A DNA stretch of 43,546 bases from a virus (taxonomy: Duplodnaviria > Caudoviricetes): IMG/VR virus record IMGVR_UViG_3300037462_000196, positions 1-43,546 of that record; one strand, written 5' to 3'. Positions 43,045 to 43,546 of this stretch are shown piece by piece. The notes below the pieces were generated by a model, which searched no databases, was not told the DNA's origin, and saw only the letters and a list, made by a program, of their open reading frames with translations. The first letter of the stretch is position 1, and every line of letters begins with the position of its first letter. The position numbers were made by a program, and so were the translations under genes.

Positions 43045-43546
43045 CGGAAAGATTTGCGCATTCGGCAGCGCTAGCCGCAGCGGCGACACGTCGCTGATCT
43101 GGTTGTCCCCGAGGTAGAGCTCCGTCAGCCCGGTCAGTCCGGCGAGCGGCGACACGTCGCTGATCTGGTTGCCCCAGAGGTCGAGCTCCGTCAGCCCGGT
43201 CAGCCCGGCGAGCGGCGACACGTCGCTGATCTGGTTGCCCCAGAGGTAGAGCACCGTCAGCCCGGTCAGCCCGGCGAGCGGCGACACGTCGCTGATCTGG
43301 TTGCGCCCGAGCTGGAGCTTCGTCAGCCCAGTCAGCCCGACGAGCGGCGACACGTTGCTGATCTGGTTGCCCCCGAGGTCGAGCGTCGTCAGCCCGGTCA
43401 GTCCGGCGAGCGGCGACACGTCGCCGATCTGGTTGCCCCCGAGGTGGAGCGCCGTCAGTCCGGTCAGCCCGGCGAGCGGCGACACGTCGCTGATCTGGTT
43501 GCCCCCGAGGTAGAGCTCCGTCAGCCCGGTCAGCCCGGCGAGCGGC
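43042..43546 (-). CDS. Internalin-type LRR protein, C-terminal part (7 LRRs plus C-cap)
   Basis: Open to the contig end; repeats ELYLGG, ALHLGG, TLDLGG, KLQLGR, VLYLWG, ELDLWG, ELYLGD; ends LRLALPNAQIFP. Confidence 0.92.
   Translation of the reverse strand, partial: PLAGLTGLTELYLGGNQISDVSPLAGLTGLTALHLGGNQIGDVSPLAGLTGLTTLDLGGNQISNVSPLVGLTGLTKLQLGRNQISDVSPLAGLTGLTVLYLWGNQISDVSPLAGLTGLTELDLWGNQISDVSPLAGLTGLTELYLGDNQISDVSPLRLALPNAQIFP

Larger units (their letters stand above)
1..43546. mobile_element. Temperate lambda-like siphovirus genome, probably complete and circular/excised
   Basis: Integrase, repressor/Cro, replication, terminase, portal, capsid, tail and lysis modules all present; no host housekeeping genes; internal attP-like site; ends overlap (1-99 vs 43448-43546, 1 mismatch). 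Confidence 0.93.

Noticed and set aside
43448-43546. Biological direct terminal repeats
   Set aside because: The overlap is within a tandem repeat, is k-mer sized, and a cos-like site exists elsewhere

Overview
The window is an apparently complete, high-GC temperate siphovirus genome with lambda-like organisation. The host is probably an alphaproteobacterium (Rhodobacteraceae-like), inferred from a DUF2312/GapR-like gene, the tail-gene families and a CCUCCUCCC-loop RNA. Both contig ends lie inside the same 66-bp tandem repeat (bases 1-99 match 43448-43546 with one mismatch), so the sequence most likely circularises there with an uncertain repeat count. Layout: (1) a leftward early operon from a PL-like promoter (~3850) runs to base 1, wraps to 43546 and continues through a beta-clamp gene, many small genes, two methyltransferase-like genes, a nuclease, xis and integrase to a tRNA-derived attP (~35190); (2) a repressor/Cro switch with 19-bp operators; (3) rightward early and replication genes; (4) a cos-like site, terminase, portal, ClpP-capsid fusion, tail, fibre and lysis genes. 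The most unusual part is the start of the early operon (3260-1 plus 43546-42980). It is a string of single-gene cassettes separated by two families of conserved intergenic repeats (stop codon, hairpin, RBS). It carries tandem internalin-type leucine-rich-repeat genes whose 22-aa modules are nearly invariant except at the four predicted ligand-contact positions, two other low-complexity repeat proteins, and two paralogous secreted acidic proteins. This looks like a recombination-diversified binder array. All family names are recognitions from memory, not database search results.
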